Position numbers and translations under genes: made by a program. A stretch of DNA of 64,000 nucleotides from Candidatus Woesearchaeota archaeon (lineage in GTDB: Archaea > Nanobdellota > Nanobdellia > Woesearchaeales > JAZDKJ01). Each line of letters begins with the position of its first letter. Positions within the stretch are counted from its first letter, which is position 1. Location: the NCBI GenBank assembly GCA_043803105.1, contig JAZDKJ010000010.1, positions 47,052-111,051 of the forward strand, written 5' to 3'. Below the pieces are notes generated by a model, which saw nothing but the letters and a program-made list of their open reading frames with translations, had not been told where the DNA came from and did no database searches. Below, in pieces: positions 9,683-18,590 of the stretch.

Positions 9683-12406
9683 TCAAATTTTCTTTTGATT
9701 ATTGCTAATGTATTTATCATATAGCTCAAAAAGGTATTCAACCCGTTCTAAATCAGATTTAAATGGCTTATTTCGATAACACTTATCAACTGATTTGTTT
9801 AATTTCTGGTGAGCTTGTAATAAATCTTTAGGCATAGTCAAAGGACCGTACAAGTCTGCAAGGGATGATTTATATTTTTTTCTTATTGTTAGAACAAATT
9901 CTGCTGCCTTTTCAACTTGCTTAGATTTATCAACGGGCACATTTTCAGGCCAAGGATAATTATTATAGACCAAGTCTTTGGAGTACCTATAATCACTCTT
10001 CATTCTTCCACAAACGGATTTTACCCAAGCCATATGCATTTCAGATGTCAGCATTCCGAAATGAAATAAATTGCCATCAGGAATTAGGTGGCAGCTATTA
10101 TTAGCGATGTCATTCTTTCCAAAGAAGCCAATCGGAATGTAACTTCTAGTTTCTGAAGTAGTGCTGGGAATTAAGATGTATCTTTCTGGTTGTTGTCTAT
10201 CCCTAAACAGTGTTGGGGTCGCTGCAAATTTTCTCGTTGATGGGGCCTCACTTTTTAAACGAAACTCCTTAACCATTTGAATTCGCTTCAATACTTCAGG
10301 CATTACTCGAAGTTCACTTGGGTTGGCATCAACCAACCATAAACACCAACGTTTCTCGCCATTTAGGTATTCACGGGCAGAAATTAATGGTTTAATATAA
10401 CTCAAAGCAGAAGGCTCCTTTAAAAGAAATTCTTTTTTTTCTTCATCTGAAAGCAATAAGTGACCACCATCTAAAGGCATATTACCAAACGACATTTCAG
10501 GTACGTTACAAAGAGGTTTATTCCTATCAAAAATAAACATGTTTTTTTGGTCTATTAAATATGAATTAATATTATTGGCTTTTATTTTTACTGGTTCAGA
10601 ATTTGGATCTTCGTAGTCATAAATATACTTATTTTTGTCTTCGATAATTGAGAATCCAATTATTACCACATGAACATGTGCCTTCCATCTGGCATCACTG
10701 CACCACGTAAAAGTTCTATGGGCAAAATTTATCTTGACACTCTTGGTGGTCATAAGAAAATCCCACAAGATACCTACTTGTTCTCCTTGAGTGATAGAGT
10801 TGGTAGATACTAACCCAACTTTAATATTCGTATCTTTGATATACTCTGCTGTTTTGATATACCAACATGAAACATAATCTAAAAGTTTGTAATTATTGAT
10901 AGACCCGCAAACCAGATCCATATCTGTTTTTTGTTCTTCATTTCGATTTTTTCTTGATATAAACGGAGGGTTTCCCAAAATGAAAATGGGCTCTCTTTTG
11001 GGAATGATCGTCTCCCAATCTAACCTCAGTGCATTCCCTATAATTATGTTTGCAGTCTTTTTTAAAGGCAACCTCTTGTAATACAAACCAAATTCTTTAG
11101 ATAGTTCACGATTAACCAGGTGATCTGTAAGCCATAAACCAACTTGAGCTATCCTTGCAGGAAATTCCAATATTTCAATTCCAAACATCGAATCAACATT
11201 CAAATCATTGTCAAATACAATATTTAGAACTCTTTGATGACTGTGGCCCTTTAATTTTCTTAGTCGTAGATGAATTTTGACTTGGAGCCTTCTTAATTCT
11301 CTATAAGCTATCATTAGAAAGTTACCACAGCCGCAGGCAGGATCAAATATTTTTATATTGCCTATGTTTTGTAACATAATTTCCAGATACCTTTTATTAT
11401 TTTTGTGAGATTCAAACTCACTTATCAATCCGTCCAAGAATAGAGCATTAATAGTTTTAAGAACATTTTTTTCAGTAGTATAATGACCTCCTAGGTCGTG
11501 CCTTTCATCTTGATTCATTACAGACTGGAATAAGGAACCAAAAACTGCTGGCGAGACTCGGCTCCAATCGAAGTGGCAGCACTCTAACAAAAATGACCTG
11601 GTTTCGCTGTCAAATGCTGGAATTGGTATTCTTTCACTAAAAAGGCTCCCATCTATGTATGGGAATATTGCCAGTCCTTCATCCAAATTTTTCTGTCTTT
11701 TGTCTTCATCCGTATTAAGCACCTCAAATAAAGTAATGATATTTTGTCCTGTGTCGCTGCCATCTACACTGGTTTTTGTTTCAACAAACTCTCTAAACCG
11801 GTTTGTTTCAAAAATATCTGTATCATCAGCAAACAAGCAAAACATAAGCCTAACTAGGAAGATCTCCAAGTTATGACCTGAATATCCATTATCCTTAAGG
11901 GAGTCATGCAGCTTCCCCATTAGCTGAGCTGCCTTAATGTTTACAGGGTCTTCATTTTCATAAATAATCCTTTCATGTCCCGAAATAAAATCAAATAGCG
12001 CAATATTATCAATTAAGTTGGAAATATCAAATTCCTTATGCGTACCATCGAGCTCATTGTACAATCTAAACTTCTTGAAATCTGTAACAATAACATATTT
12101 AGGTAATTCTTCATCTGATAACCCAACAAAATAATCTAAGGCCTGACCATATGCCTTGCTCAAATCCTTACCTGCAGATTTATGTTCTGCCACTAATTTG
12201 CCTTTCCAGAATACGTCTATATACCCGTTTCCATCAATTTTTTTGGAAGGTTCATCAAATTTGACATATCTTCGTCGGTCTATCCCAAAAACATTAAAAA
12301 ATTGATTCCAAAATGTTTGAGCCTCAGCACGTTCTCTAGTCTCATCTTTCCATTCATGAGAAAACTCCACAGCTCTTTTTCTAATTTCGTTTCTAGTTAT
12401 TACCAT
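9683..12406 (-). CDS. MmeI-family type IIL restriction-modification enzyme (fused REase/N6-adenine MTase/TRD)
   Basis: N-terminal ERAEAQTFWNQFFNVFG, YIDVFW...EHKS nuclease motif, GGHYT, DPACGCGNFL, GNPPF, TNSITQGEQV, GRMKSDYRYS; ATG at 12406 matches the family N-terminus. Confidence 0.93.
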   Translation of the reverse strand: MVITRNEIRKRAVEFSHEWKDETRERAEAQTFWNQFFNVFGIDRRRYVKFDEPSKKIDGNGYIDVFWKGKLVAEHKSAGKDLSKAYGQALDYFVGLSDEELPKYVIVTDFKKFRLYNELDGTHKEFDISNLIDNIALFDFISGHERIIYENEDPVNIKAAQLMGKLHDSLKDNGYSGHNLEIFLVRLMFCLFADDTDIFETNRFREFVETKTSVDGSDTGQNIITLFEVLNTDEDKRQKNLDEGLAIFPYIDGSLFSERIPIPAFDSETRSFLLECCHFDWSRVSPAVFGSLFQSVMNQDERHDLGGHYTTEKNVLKTINALFLDGLISEFESHKNNKRYLEIMLQNIGNIKIFDPACGCGNFLMIAYRELRRLQVKIHLRLRKLKGHSHQRVLNIVFDNDLNVDSMFGIEILEFPARIAQVGLWLTDHLVNRELSKEFGLYYKRLPLKKTANIIIGNALRLDWETIIPKREPIFILGNPPFISRKNRNEEQKTDMDLVCGSINNYKLLDYVSCWYIKTAEYIKDTNIKVGLVSTNSITQGEQVGILWDFLMTTKSVKINFAHRTFTWCSDARWKAHVHVVIIGFSIIEDKNKYIYDYEDPNSEPVKIKANNINSYLIDQKNMFIFDRNKPLCNVPEMSFGNMPLDGGHLLLSDEEKKEFLLKEPSALSYIKPLISAREYLNGEKRWCLWLVDANPSELRVMPEVLKRIQMVKEFRLKSEAPSTRKFAATPTLFRDRQQPERYILIPSTTSETRSYIPIGFFGKNDIANNSCHLIPDGNLFHFGMLTSEMHMAWVKSVCGRMKSDYRYSKDLVYNNYPWPENVPVDKSKQVEKAAEFVLTIRKKYKSSLADLYGPLTMPKDLLQAHQKLNKSVDKCYRNKPFKSDLERVEYLFELYDKYISNNQKKI

Positions 12407-12577
12407 CTTTTTTTTGTTTAATGAGAGACATTTGATATATAAATGTTCTTCTGACATATGGCAAAGAAGCAAAATATTTCTGGTTTTGTTTTCCGGGAAA
12501 ATAAATTCAAGGCCCATGGATGTAAATAGAACTAAAGGATTCTTATGTCTTTACTCTAGAAAACCGTTGATTTTTCG

Positions 12578-12610
12578 GTCCACTGGACATTTGCACACAA
12601 GCTTTTTAAG
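12578..12610 (+). promoter_or_regulatory. Pseudo-palindrome GTCCACTGGAC(ATT) plus TATA-like box upstream of the tcmP-like gene
   Basis: GTCCA-C-TGGAC at 12578-12588; TTTTTAAG at 12603-12610, 22 nt before the ATG; same 11-mer at 26472 and 55138. Confidence 0.55.
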
Positions 12611-12631
12611 AATGGCAGACATTATATCCCT

Positions 12632-13723
12632 ATGCAGCAGTCAAATTACCCTTTCAAGACTTGGCCGTATGAAAAGCAGACTGAAATGAAGCATTTGGTC
12701 TTTGAAGACTATTTTGACAAATGGGTTAAGATACTAGGAAAAAATCGAACTTTGAACTATATAGACTGCTATGGCGGCGCAGGGATCTATGAAAGAAATG
12801 GCGAGCTCTTTCCAGGTTCTCCAATCAGAGCTGCTCAGGTAATAGAGAAAAACCAACTGTCTCTCGCAAGGGATACCAGGATGGTCGTGATAGAAAAAAC
12901 CAAGTCGACGATTGACAATCTGCAGAAAGCATTTGAATATTTCAAAGTTGGTATCAAACCAATTTTCATTCAGGAAGATTTTGACGTAGCTGTTAACAAA
13001 CTTTTGGACTCACACCCCACTATTGCACCAACTTTCTTTTTGGTGGATCCATTTGGTTTCAAGGTTAAGTTAGCGACTATCAAAAGGATTATGCAAGTTC
13101 AAAAATCTGAGGTCTTGTTAAATTTTATGTATGATGGGATATGCAGAAATCTTTCGGTGAAGGAAGCCAAAAAGTCCTTAACTGACCTTTTTGGGACTGA
13201 ACATTGGCAAGACATTGACTTATGTAATCCAAACAAAGAGCATGAAATTGTCAGTCTTTTCCGTCAACAACTGAAAACCTTTTGTGATTATGTTTATCCC
13301 TATCGTGTGTGTCGACCAGATATGCAAGACAGAACATATTACTATTTGTTTCATCTCACAAACCATCATAAAGGATGTTCCATCATGAAGTCTTGTTTTG
13401 CCAAATATAATCTTGGCAGATTGGAATTTAACGACCAAATTAACACAAGGATGCGCAACCAGGCAACCTTATTTGATCCTAAGGAAGTAACTGCAAACAC
13501 AATCGGACAGTTATTGCTTGCCAAATACAAAGGTGTTTCAAAAAGCTATGAGGATATTATAAAAGAGTTCATTGATAGCACTCCATTCTTAGAATCAGAT
13601 TTTATCAGGACAATTAAGGCACTGGAGTCCGCTGGAAAAGTTCAGGTGCTTCGGAACCCAGATTTAACTGCCAAAGGTCATAAAAGGAAAAGTATATATC
13701 CTAAAGACTCTATTTCATTTTAA
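12632..13723 (+). CDS. tcmP: Three-Cys-motif partner protein (TcmP-like; methyltransferase-like fold + wHTH)
   Basis: QTEMKHLVFEDYFDKW, YIDCYGGAG, GSP, FFLVDPFG, SEVLLNFM, YYLFHLTNHHKG are typical TcmP motifs; adjacent radical SAM partner. Confidence 0.85.
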   Translation: MQQSNYPFKTWPYEKQTEMKHLVFEDYFDKWVKILGKNRTLNYIDCYGGAGIYERNGELFPGSPIRAAQVIEKNQLSLARDTRMVVIEKTKSTIDNLQKAFEYFKVGIKPIFIQEDFDVAVNKLLDSHPTIAPTFFLVDPFGFKVKLATIKRIMQVQKSEVLLNFMYDGICRNLSVKEAKKSLTDLFGTEHWQDIDLCNPNKEHEIVSLFRQQLKTFCDYVYPYRVCRPDMQDRTYYYLFHLTNHHKGCSIMKSCFAKYNLGRLEFNDQINTRMRNQATLFDPKEVTANTIGQLLLAKYKGVSKSYEDIIKEFIDSTPFLESDFIRTIKALESAGKVQVLRNPDLTAKGHKRKSIYPKDSISF

Positions 13724-13736
13724 AAAGAGGTAAGTC

Positions 13737-14582
13737 ATGCAACAGATAAAAAGGAAGAGTCTTCTCTACAAAAGCCAGGTTGAATACGCAGATTTCTGCA
13801 TTAACCATGTTGAAGGGTGCTCGCATGGATGTACTTTTCCATGTTACGCTTTCTTGATGGCCAAACGCTTTGGTAAAGCCAAGAACTATTCTGAGTGGAT
13901 TCAGCCGAAGCTTGTCTCAAATGCACTTGATCTTTTGGATAGAGAGATACCAAAGTACCGACAAGAAATAAAGTCCGTTCATTTATGTTTCACAACTGAT
14001 CCTTTTATGTACAGGCAGAAGGAAGTCGAGCAGATGACTTTGAAGATCATTGAAAAGCTGCACAAGGATAGAATTGTCTGTACCGTCCTAACAAAAGGGG
14101 TATACCCACAGATACTCGCTAACAAAAACATATTTGGAGACAATAAGTATGGCATCACCCTTGTTTCTTTGGATGATGGTTTCAAGAAAAGGTTTGAGCG
14201 GTACGCAGCACCGTATGATACAAGAATAGAGTCACTAAGAATGTTACACAAGAAAGGTCTCAGCACTTGGGTTAGCATGGAACCTTATCCAACTCCAAAC
14301 ATCGTAACTCAAAATCTTAAGAAGGTCTTGAACAAGATATCGTTTGTGGACAGGATTGTTTTCGGCAAACTGAATTATAATGTGACCACCAGTCTATTCG
14401 GTGAAAATAAGACTTTCTACAATGACTGCGCTGATCAGGTAGTCGATTTCTGTAAAGACAATGGCATCGAGTGGCATATAAAATATGGGACTGCAACTGA
14501 AGAATTAAGGCCGAAACTTGTTGTACCAGCAATTCAGAAAGCTGCAGATTTGAGACCATTTTTACGTACACAACCTGTATGA
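13737..14582 (+). CDS. Radical SAM protein (spore photoproduct lyase-like / TcmP partner)
   Basis: GCSHGCTFPCYA (CxxxCxxxC variant), TDPF, VLTK, TWVSMEP; 13 nt after tcmP with an AGAGGT SD-like site. Confidence 0.85.
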   Translation: MQQIKRKSLLYKSQVEYADFCINHVEGCSHGCTFPCYAFLMAKRFGKAKNYSEWIQPKLVSNALDLLDREIPKYRQEIKSVHLCFTTDPFMYRQKEVEQMTLKIIEKLHKDRIVCTVLTKGVYPQILANKNIFGDNKYGITLVSLDDGFKKRFERYAAPYDTRIESLRMLHKKGLSTWVSMEPYPTPNIVTQNLKKVLNKISFVDRIVFGKLNYNVTTSLFGENKTFYNDCADQVVDFCKDNGIEWHIKYGTATEELRPKLVVPAIQKAADLRPFLRTQPV

Positions 14583-14600
14583 TTCTGTCTCTGCTACTTA

Positions 14601-15077
14601 TTAAAAGTGGTCAGGTGTTTTTTGCTCTTCTTTGTAAGGCAGTGTATAATAGTTCTTCTTGCTGCCGTTGATATATGCCCTAACCAACTTCCTTTTTTGA
14701 AGCTCCTTCAAGCCTATTGACACAACAGCCACATTCAAACCTGTGGCTCTTGCAATACCCCTGACATGCCTCAAGGCTTTGTGTCCTTGCACCGAGCTAA
14801 GGTACTCGATGATCTTTTTTTGAGGGTTGGAGCATTCGTTTACTAGGGCTGCGCATTGCTTGGCTAGCTCCTGATTCCATCTCTCCGTCTGCCAGCGGCT
14901 GTTCCAATCCTCTAGAACAGCAATTCTCTTCTGAAGGGCTTCCTTCTCCTGCAGCAGCCTCTCAATTCGCTGATTCTTCGCCTCGAGTGTCATGCGCAAC
15001 TCGTAAGAAGTCATAAATCGCTCGGTTGGATTTTGCCTAATTATTCTTTTTTTGTGTATGTCCATTTTTCCTGACAT
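14601..15077 (-). CDS. Coiled-coil + winged-helix DNA-binding protein (start uncertain, 15077 or 15014)
   Basis: C-terminal QKKIIEYL...VRGIARATGLNVAVVSIGLKELQKRKLV wHTH pattern. Confidence 0.65.
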   Translation of the reverse strand: MSGKMDIHKKRIIRQNPTERFMTSYELRMTLEAKNQRIERLLQEKEALQKRIAVLEDWNSRWQTERWNQELAKQCAALVNECSNPQKKIIEYLSSVQGHKALRHVRGIARATGLNVAVVSIGLKELQKRKLVRAYINGSKKNYYTLPYKEEQKTPDHF

Positions 15078-15080
15078 TCC

Positions 15081-15114
15081 AAAAAACAAGTGGTAGGGGA
15101 CATTCACCCCTGCC
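15081..15114 (-). terminator. Hairpin with T-tract (possible terminator)
   Basis: TGGTAGGGG/CCCCTGCCA inverted repeat flanked by A-runs on + (T-runs on -), just after the 15151 stop. Confidence 0.45.
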
Positions 15115-15150
15115 AAAAAAAAATTCTAGCCCATCTTTGGTCAACGAAGT

Positions 15151-15549
15151 CTACTCTGTCGACTCTTGCTCGCCAATCAGTCTGATTGGCGTGCTTGGCT
15201 CCAGGGACAATTCCTGCATTTCTCCGTCAGAGTCTACTTTAATTCGTCCTTCATTCAGTCGCTGTCGCATGCCAACTTCTGGGACCAACTCGGCCTCTAC
15301 CTCTGCCTTATTTTCGTTTACCAGCCGCTGCAGTGTCTCTTCTGATTCGTCTCCAAAGAATCTCTTGAAGTCTGTCCACGTCAATGTCCCAGCATCTGAC
15401 AATTCCTTCAATTCTTCCATCTTTGTGTTGTTCTTCGCTGTCGTCGAAATCCCTTTTCGGGCTAGACTGTGCCGGATACTGTCCGCCGGCCTCGTGTTAC
15501 GCCATCCTTGCTTTCTTTCGTTTGTGTCGTGCACGTGCACCACCTCCAC
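15151..15549 (-). CDS. Hypothetical protein
   Basis: 132-aa ORF starting 6 nt after the ParB-like stop; basic N-terminus (GW...SIRHSLARKGI), acidic C-terminus. Confidence 0.65.
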   Translation of the reverse strand: MEVVHVHDTNERKQGWRNTRPADSIRHSLARKGISTTAKNNTKMEELKELSDAGTLTWTDFKRFFGDESEETLQRLVNENKAEVEAELVPEVGMRQRLNEGRIKVDSDGEMQELSLEPSTPIRLIGEQESTE

Positions 15550-15555
15550 AATTTC

Positions 15556-16479
15556 CTATGGCGCCTCATGATTCATGGGCGCCAGGATCAGGATAAAGTC
15601 AGGGCTCTCAAGCCACAGAGGATTTCCAGGCTTGGCCTTCAAAGTTATCTTTGGGTAATGTTTGGCCAGGTCAAGCAATTGCCGGAGGCTCTGAGGATCG
15701 ACATTTACTGCCAGTTCCTGGTCCATATGATCTGGGCCTACCTTGTAGTCATATTGGGGTACCGGAATTTCCACTGCATCAAAATGAGCCTTTATCACCT
15801 GGTGCGCCCCAATCGTCTTTGGTATGATTCCTGCCGGCCCGATGGAGTCCGAGTACAGGAATCTATCAGGCAGCTTTTCATCAGATCCCGCTGTAACCCC
15901 TAGCTGCCATAGTTTGCCAATGTTATTGAGGCTCAATGGCATTTTCTCCGGCTTTTGTGGCTCAGACTTTACCTTCCCATCCTCTTCCCTGAAAGCTCTC
16001 TTGATGTTGTCGTACGTCTTCCCGGATATGCCAAGCACCGCTGCGACCTTGTCCCTAGTCCTGCCTTGTTCATGCGGGTCACTAAGGCCCGTTTGGTATT
16101 CCTTGCTGCGATGGTCTCCTCCTCGCTTGGCAGGGTTAATTTTTTCCAGGACTTCTCCTGCCTTAAAGATCTCATATGGAGTCAACTCTCGTCTCAAAAT
16201 GTTATCTATTATCGCCTGCTCTGTCTGTTTTTCTTCTGTGTCAAGGTCATCCCTGACAATGCACGGGATCTTTGTCATCCCCAAAGCCCTGCAGGCCCTA
16301 ATCCTCTGGTGCCCGGTGATAATCACGTTCCCTATCGTGATCTCAGGGAGGTGCTGCAGTTTCCTCGCCTTAATGTCATCCTTCAGGGCAATAAACTTTT
16401 CATCTGTTAGGTCTTCAAAGATCCTCTTGCTCACTGGGTTGTCAATGAGCTCTTCTGGACTAACTTCCTTTGTTGCCAT
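15556..16479 (-). CDS. ParB/Srx N-terminal domain protein with HTH and C-terminal sliding-clamp-like segment
   Basis: IITGHQRIRACRALG, DNILRRELTPYE, RGGDHRS, TRDKVAAVLGISGKT; GGAGGGAG SD-like site upstream. Confidence 0.85.
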   Translation of the reverse strand: MATKEVSPEELIDNPVSKRIFEDLTDEKFIALKDDIKARKLQHLPEITIGNVIITGHQRIRACRALGMTKIPCIVRDDLDTEEKQTEQAIIDNILRRELTPYEIFKAGEVLEKINPAKRGGDHRSKEYQTGLSDPHEQGRTRDKVAAVLGISGKTYDNIKRAFREEDGKVKSEPQKPEKMPLSLNNIGKLWQLGVTAGSDEKLPDRFLYSDSIGPAGIIPKTIGAHQVIKAHFDAVEIPVPQYDYKVGPDHMDQELAVNVDPQSLRQLLDLAKHYPKITLKAKPGNPLWLESPDFILILAPMNHEAP

Positions 16480-16576
16480 CTTCTCCCTCCAATTTCTCCA
16501 AAAATAATCTCAGCAGCTGCAACTCCTCCGGGAGCTGCTGTTCCAGCTCTTCTGGCAATTTCCTAACTTTTACCAT
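16460..16576 (-). CDS. Small ORF (38 aa, MVKVRKLPEELEQQLPEELQLLRLFLEKLEGEDGNKGS), not in the ORF track
   Basis: ATG at 16576 downstream of AT-rich TATA-like DNA; overlaps the ParB-like start. Confidence 0.45.
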   Translation of the reverse strand: MVKVRKLPEELEQQLPEELQLLRLFLEKLEGEDGNKGS

Positions 16577-16745
16577 ATGAAACTATTATAGAAAGAACCT
16601 ATTTAAAGATGATATCCATTTTTTACCATAAAATGGGTAGAAAAAGTATATATTCGCCGTATAGAATATTTCTATGCATTAATTTATTGTAATATTATCC
16701 CTAACTATATAAATATTTTTATAGTGCAGCAGTTTACTTCTCCAT

Positions 16746-17549
16746 ATGGCCTCTGATGAAAGGAAGAACGATACGGCAAGGCAAGAGAGATACGACGTAA
16801 ATCTTACAGACACCCAGCTGAAGATTGTGATTAATATGTTGAATTATGCAGACGCATGGAAATCAACGCCGGCTAGGAACGGTCGCACCTGGGATCAGCT
16901 CCTGCGCAGCTACAAAAATGTTGAACTGGAATTCCTGCCAGGTGATGGCTGGCTGACCCACAACATAATTGAACATCAGGGCGTGGATTATACTTGGAGT
17001 AAGCGATCGTTACATCTTACGAATGAGCTCAACAAGAAAAAGAAACTTGTTGAAGCCAGTTGCTTCGAATATAAAAACAAAAATAACTTGATAGCCGGAA
17101 AGATGGTCTATCGGCTACGGAAGGGTGATAAGGCCTTTAAGAGACTATTTTATTCTCTGAGAAGCAAAGGGAAACTGAACGAGTTCTTGAAAAGCGATTA
17201 TTTCATGGACGCAAAGATTCCTGTCACCCTAAAGGAACTGTATTTTGCCAAGGGCAGGGATTTTCAAAAACTGAAAGAAGAAGATTATGCCTTATATTGT
17301 GAGGTGGTTGAAGAGTCTTTTGCCCTCGCTTACGCTCAACGTAAGCTTTATATTGTTCCTCCTTCTCTTATTATTGCTTACCTGGATGGTTATGACCTCC
17401 AGGCTGCAGTCAACGAATTTGGCATCAATACAATCCTCAAATCATGTTTTGTGTACGATCTGGTAATATGCAAGGACATAAAATGTCAGAAGCTTTACAT
17501 GGAAGCCCTGAAAAAATTAAACGAAATGGAGGTCAACAGTAAGAAATAG
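16746..17549 (+). CDS. Hypothetical protein, probable winged-helix regulator divergent from the ParB operon
   Basis: LTDTQLKIVINML...LNKKKKLVE...VYRL pattern; TATATAAA box ~35 nt upstream. Confidence 0.65.
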   Translation: MASDERKNDTARQERYDVNLTDTQLKIVINMLNYADAWKSTPARNGRTWDQLLRSYKNVELEFLPGDGWLTHNIIEHQGVDYTWSKRSLHLTNELNKKKKLVEASCFEYKNKNNLIAGKMVYRLRKGDKAFKRLFYSLRSKGKLNEFLKSDYFMDAKIPVTLKELYFAKGRDFQKLKEEDYALYCEVVEESFALAYAQRKLYIVPPSLIIAYLDGYDLQAAVNEFGINTILKSCFVYDLVICKDIKCQKLYMEALKKLNEMEVNSKK

Positions 17550-17595
17550 CAGGTGTTTACGCCCAGACGGTCCGATGCACAGCCTCGGCGTATTA
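17527..17595 (+). repeat. Dispersed intergenic repeat, copy 1 (full)
   Basis: TGGAGGTCAACAGTAAGAAATAGCAGG...TACGCC...TGCACAGCCTCGGCGTA; first 22 nt identical to 21623-21644. Confidence 0.8.
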
Positions 17596-17683
17596 CTTTT
17601 AGTTAAAGTCCGATAAAATGTATCTCTTCATCATTTTGGCAATAAACAGTTATCTTTAAAAGTCTCATGCCTATTTTTTGATT

Positions 17684-18568
17684 ATGAGTCTTCCAGCCCG
17701 CAGAGCGAGCACCTATCTTGCAGAAAAGCATCTCTCTCCACTGCAAATTAAAACCATCATGCAGACTATTTTGGGATCTACGCCAATCACGACAGTGGAT
17801 GAGGCACTTGATGGCTGCCCTTCCATGGACAAGATTCCTGTCTTGGATGACTTATTGTTCGACTTTCCTTTTGCTGTGCAACTGACTGACTTTGGCTTGG
17901 TTTACAGGTTTTTGGGCAATGAATCAGCAGGCCATCTGTTACATATCGCAACAAATATCTTTAATAACGGTCTCGAGCAAGGTTTCGGCCAAAGGCAAAA
18001 AGATTGCTGGGATGTAGTTTATTACATTGGAGATAAACTGCCGAAGGATGCGACCACTAAAAAGCCCGGATTCGCGGACAAATTGGTGAAGGGAGATGAA
18101 ATGTTTGAATTCCATTCAAAATTGCACCTTGGCCTAATTTCGCTTTCAGAAGGCTACTTTAAGGATGCACCTCATTTTACCGACGAACAAATTATGCGTA
18201 TGGAAAACGACATCTCCGGATTGCTAGGCTCCAAAGGTGGTGTATTGGATTACCTCACCATAAAGCAAAGCCAAATCTTGCTAGCGAGAGGCCAAGGTTT
18301 CGATAAGATTCACGGTGACCATCCGATGCGTAACATCGCGATTTATGGAAGGCCAATTAGGGACATTCCCCTTTATGAAAAGAGGCTTCCAGATTTAATA
18401 ATCAAGAAAGCTGATGGGTTGATAGATGCTTACAGGACTTGGGAAGACGATTTTTTGGCTGGCAAGCTCTCCAAGGAGCGGGTCAATGATTTCTATGAAA
18501 CTTGGTCGAGCACTCTGTCAGAGATTCTCGTTGACTGCCGAGATAGACTGCAGGCGAAATACCTGTAA
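17684..18568 (+). CDS. Hypothetical protein
   Basis: ~294-aa ORF behind a TTTAAA TATA-like box; no recognised motif. Confidence 0.75.
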   Translation: MSLPARRASTYLAEKHLSPLQIKTIMQTILGSTPITTVDEALDGCPSMDKIPVLDDLLFDFPFAVQLTDFGLVYRFLGNESAGHLLHIATNIFNNGLEQGFGQRQKDCWDVVYYIGDKLPKDATTKKPGFADKLVKGDEMFEFHSKLHLGLISLSEGYFKDAPHFTDEQIMRMENDISGLLGSKGGVLDYLTIKQSQILLARGQGFDKIHGDHPMRNIAIYGRPIRDIPLYEKRLPDLIIKKADGLIDAYRTWEDDFLAGKLSKERVNDFYETWSSTLSEILVDCRDRLQAKYL

Positions 18569-18575
18569 TTCTTCT

Positions 18576-18590
18576 CAGCCTCGGCGTATT
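18576..18590 (+). repeat. Dispersed intergenic repeat, copy 2 (3' part only)
   Basis: CAGCCTCGGCGTATT identical to 17580-17594. Confidence 0.65.

Noticed and set aside
12407-12517. ORF-track N-terminal extensions (MmeI-like; likewise hpt, rnhB, LAGLIDADG, ZIP, 3607 ORF)
   Set aside because: They run through TATA boxes or neighbouring genes; downstream ATGs match family N-termini.
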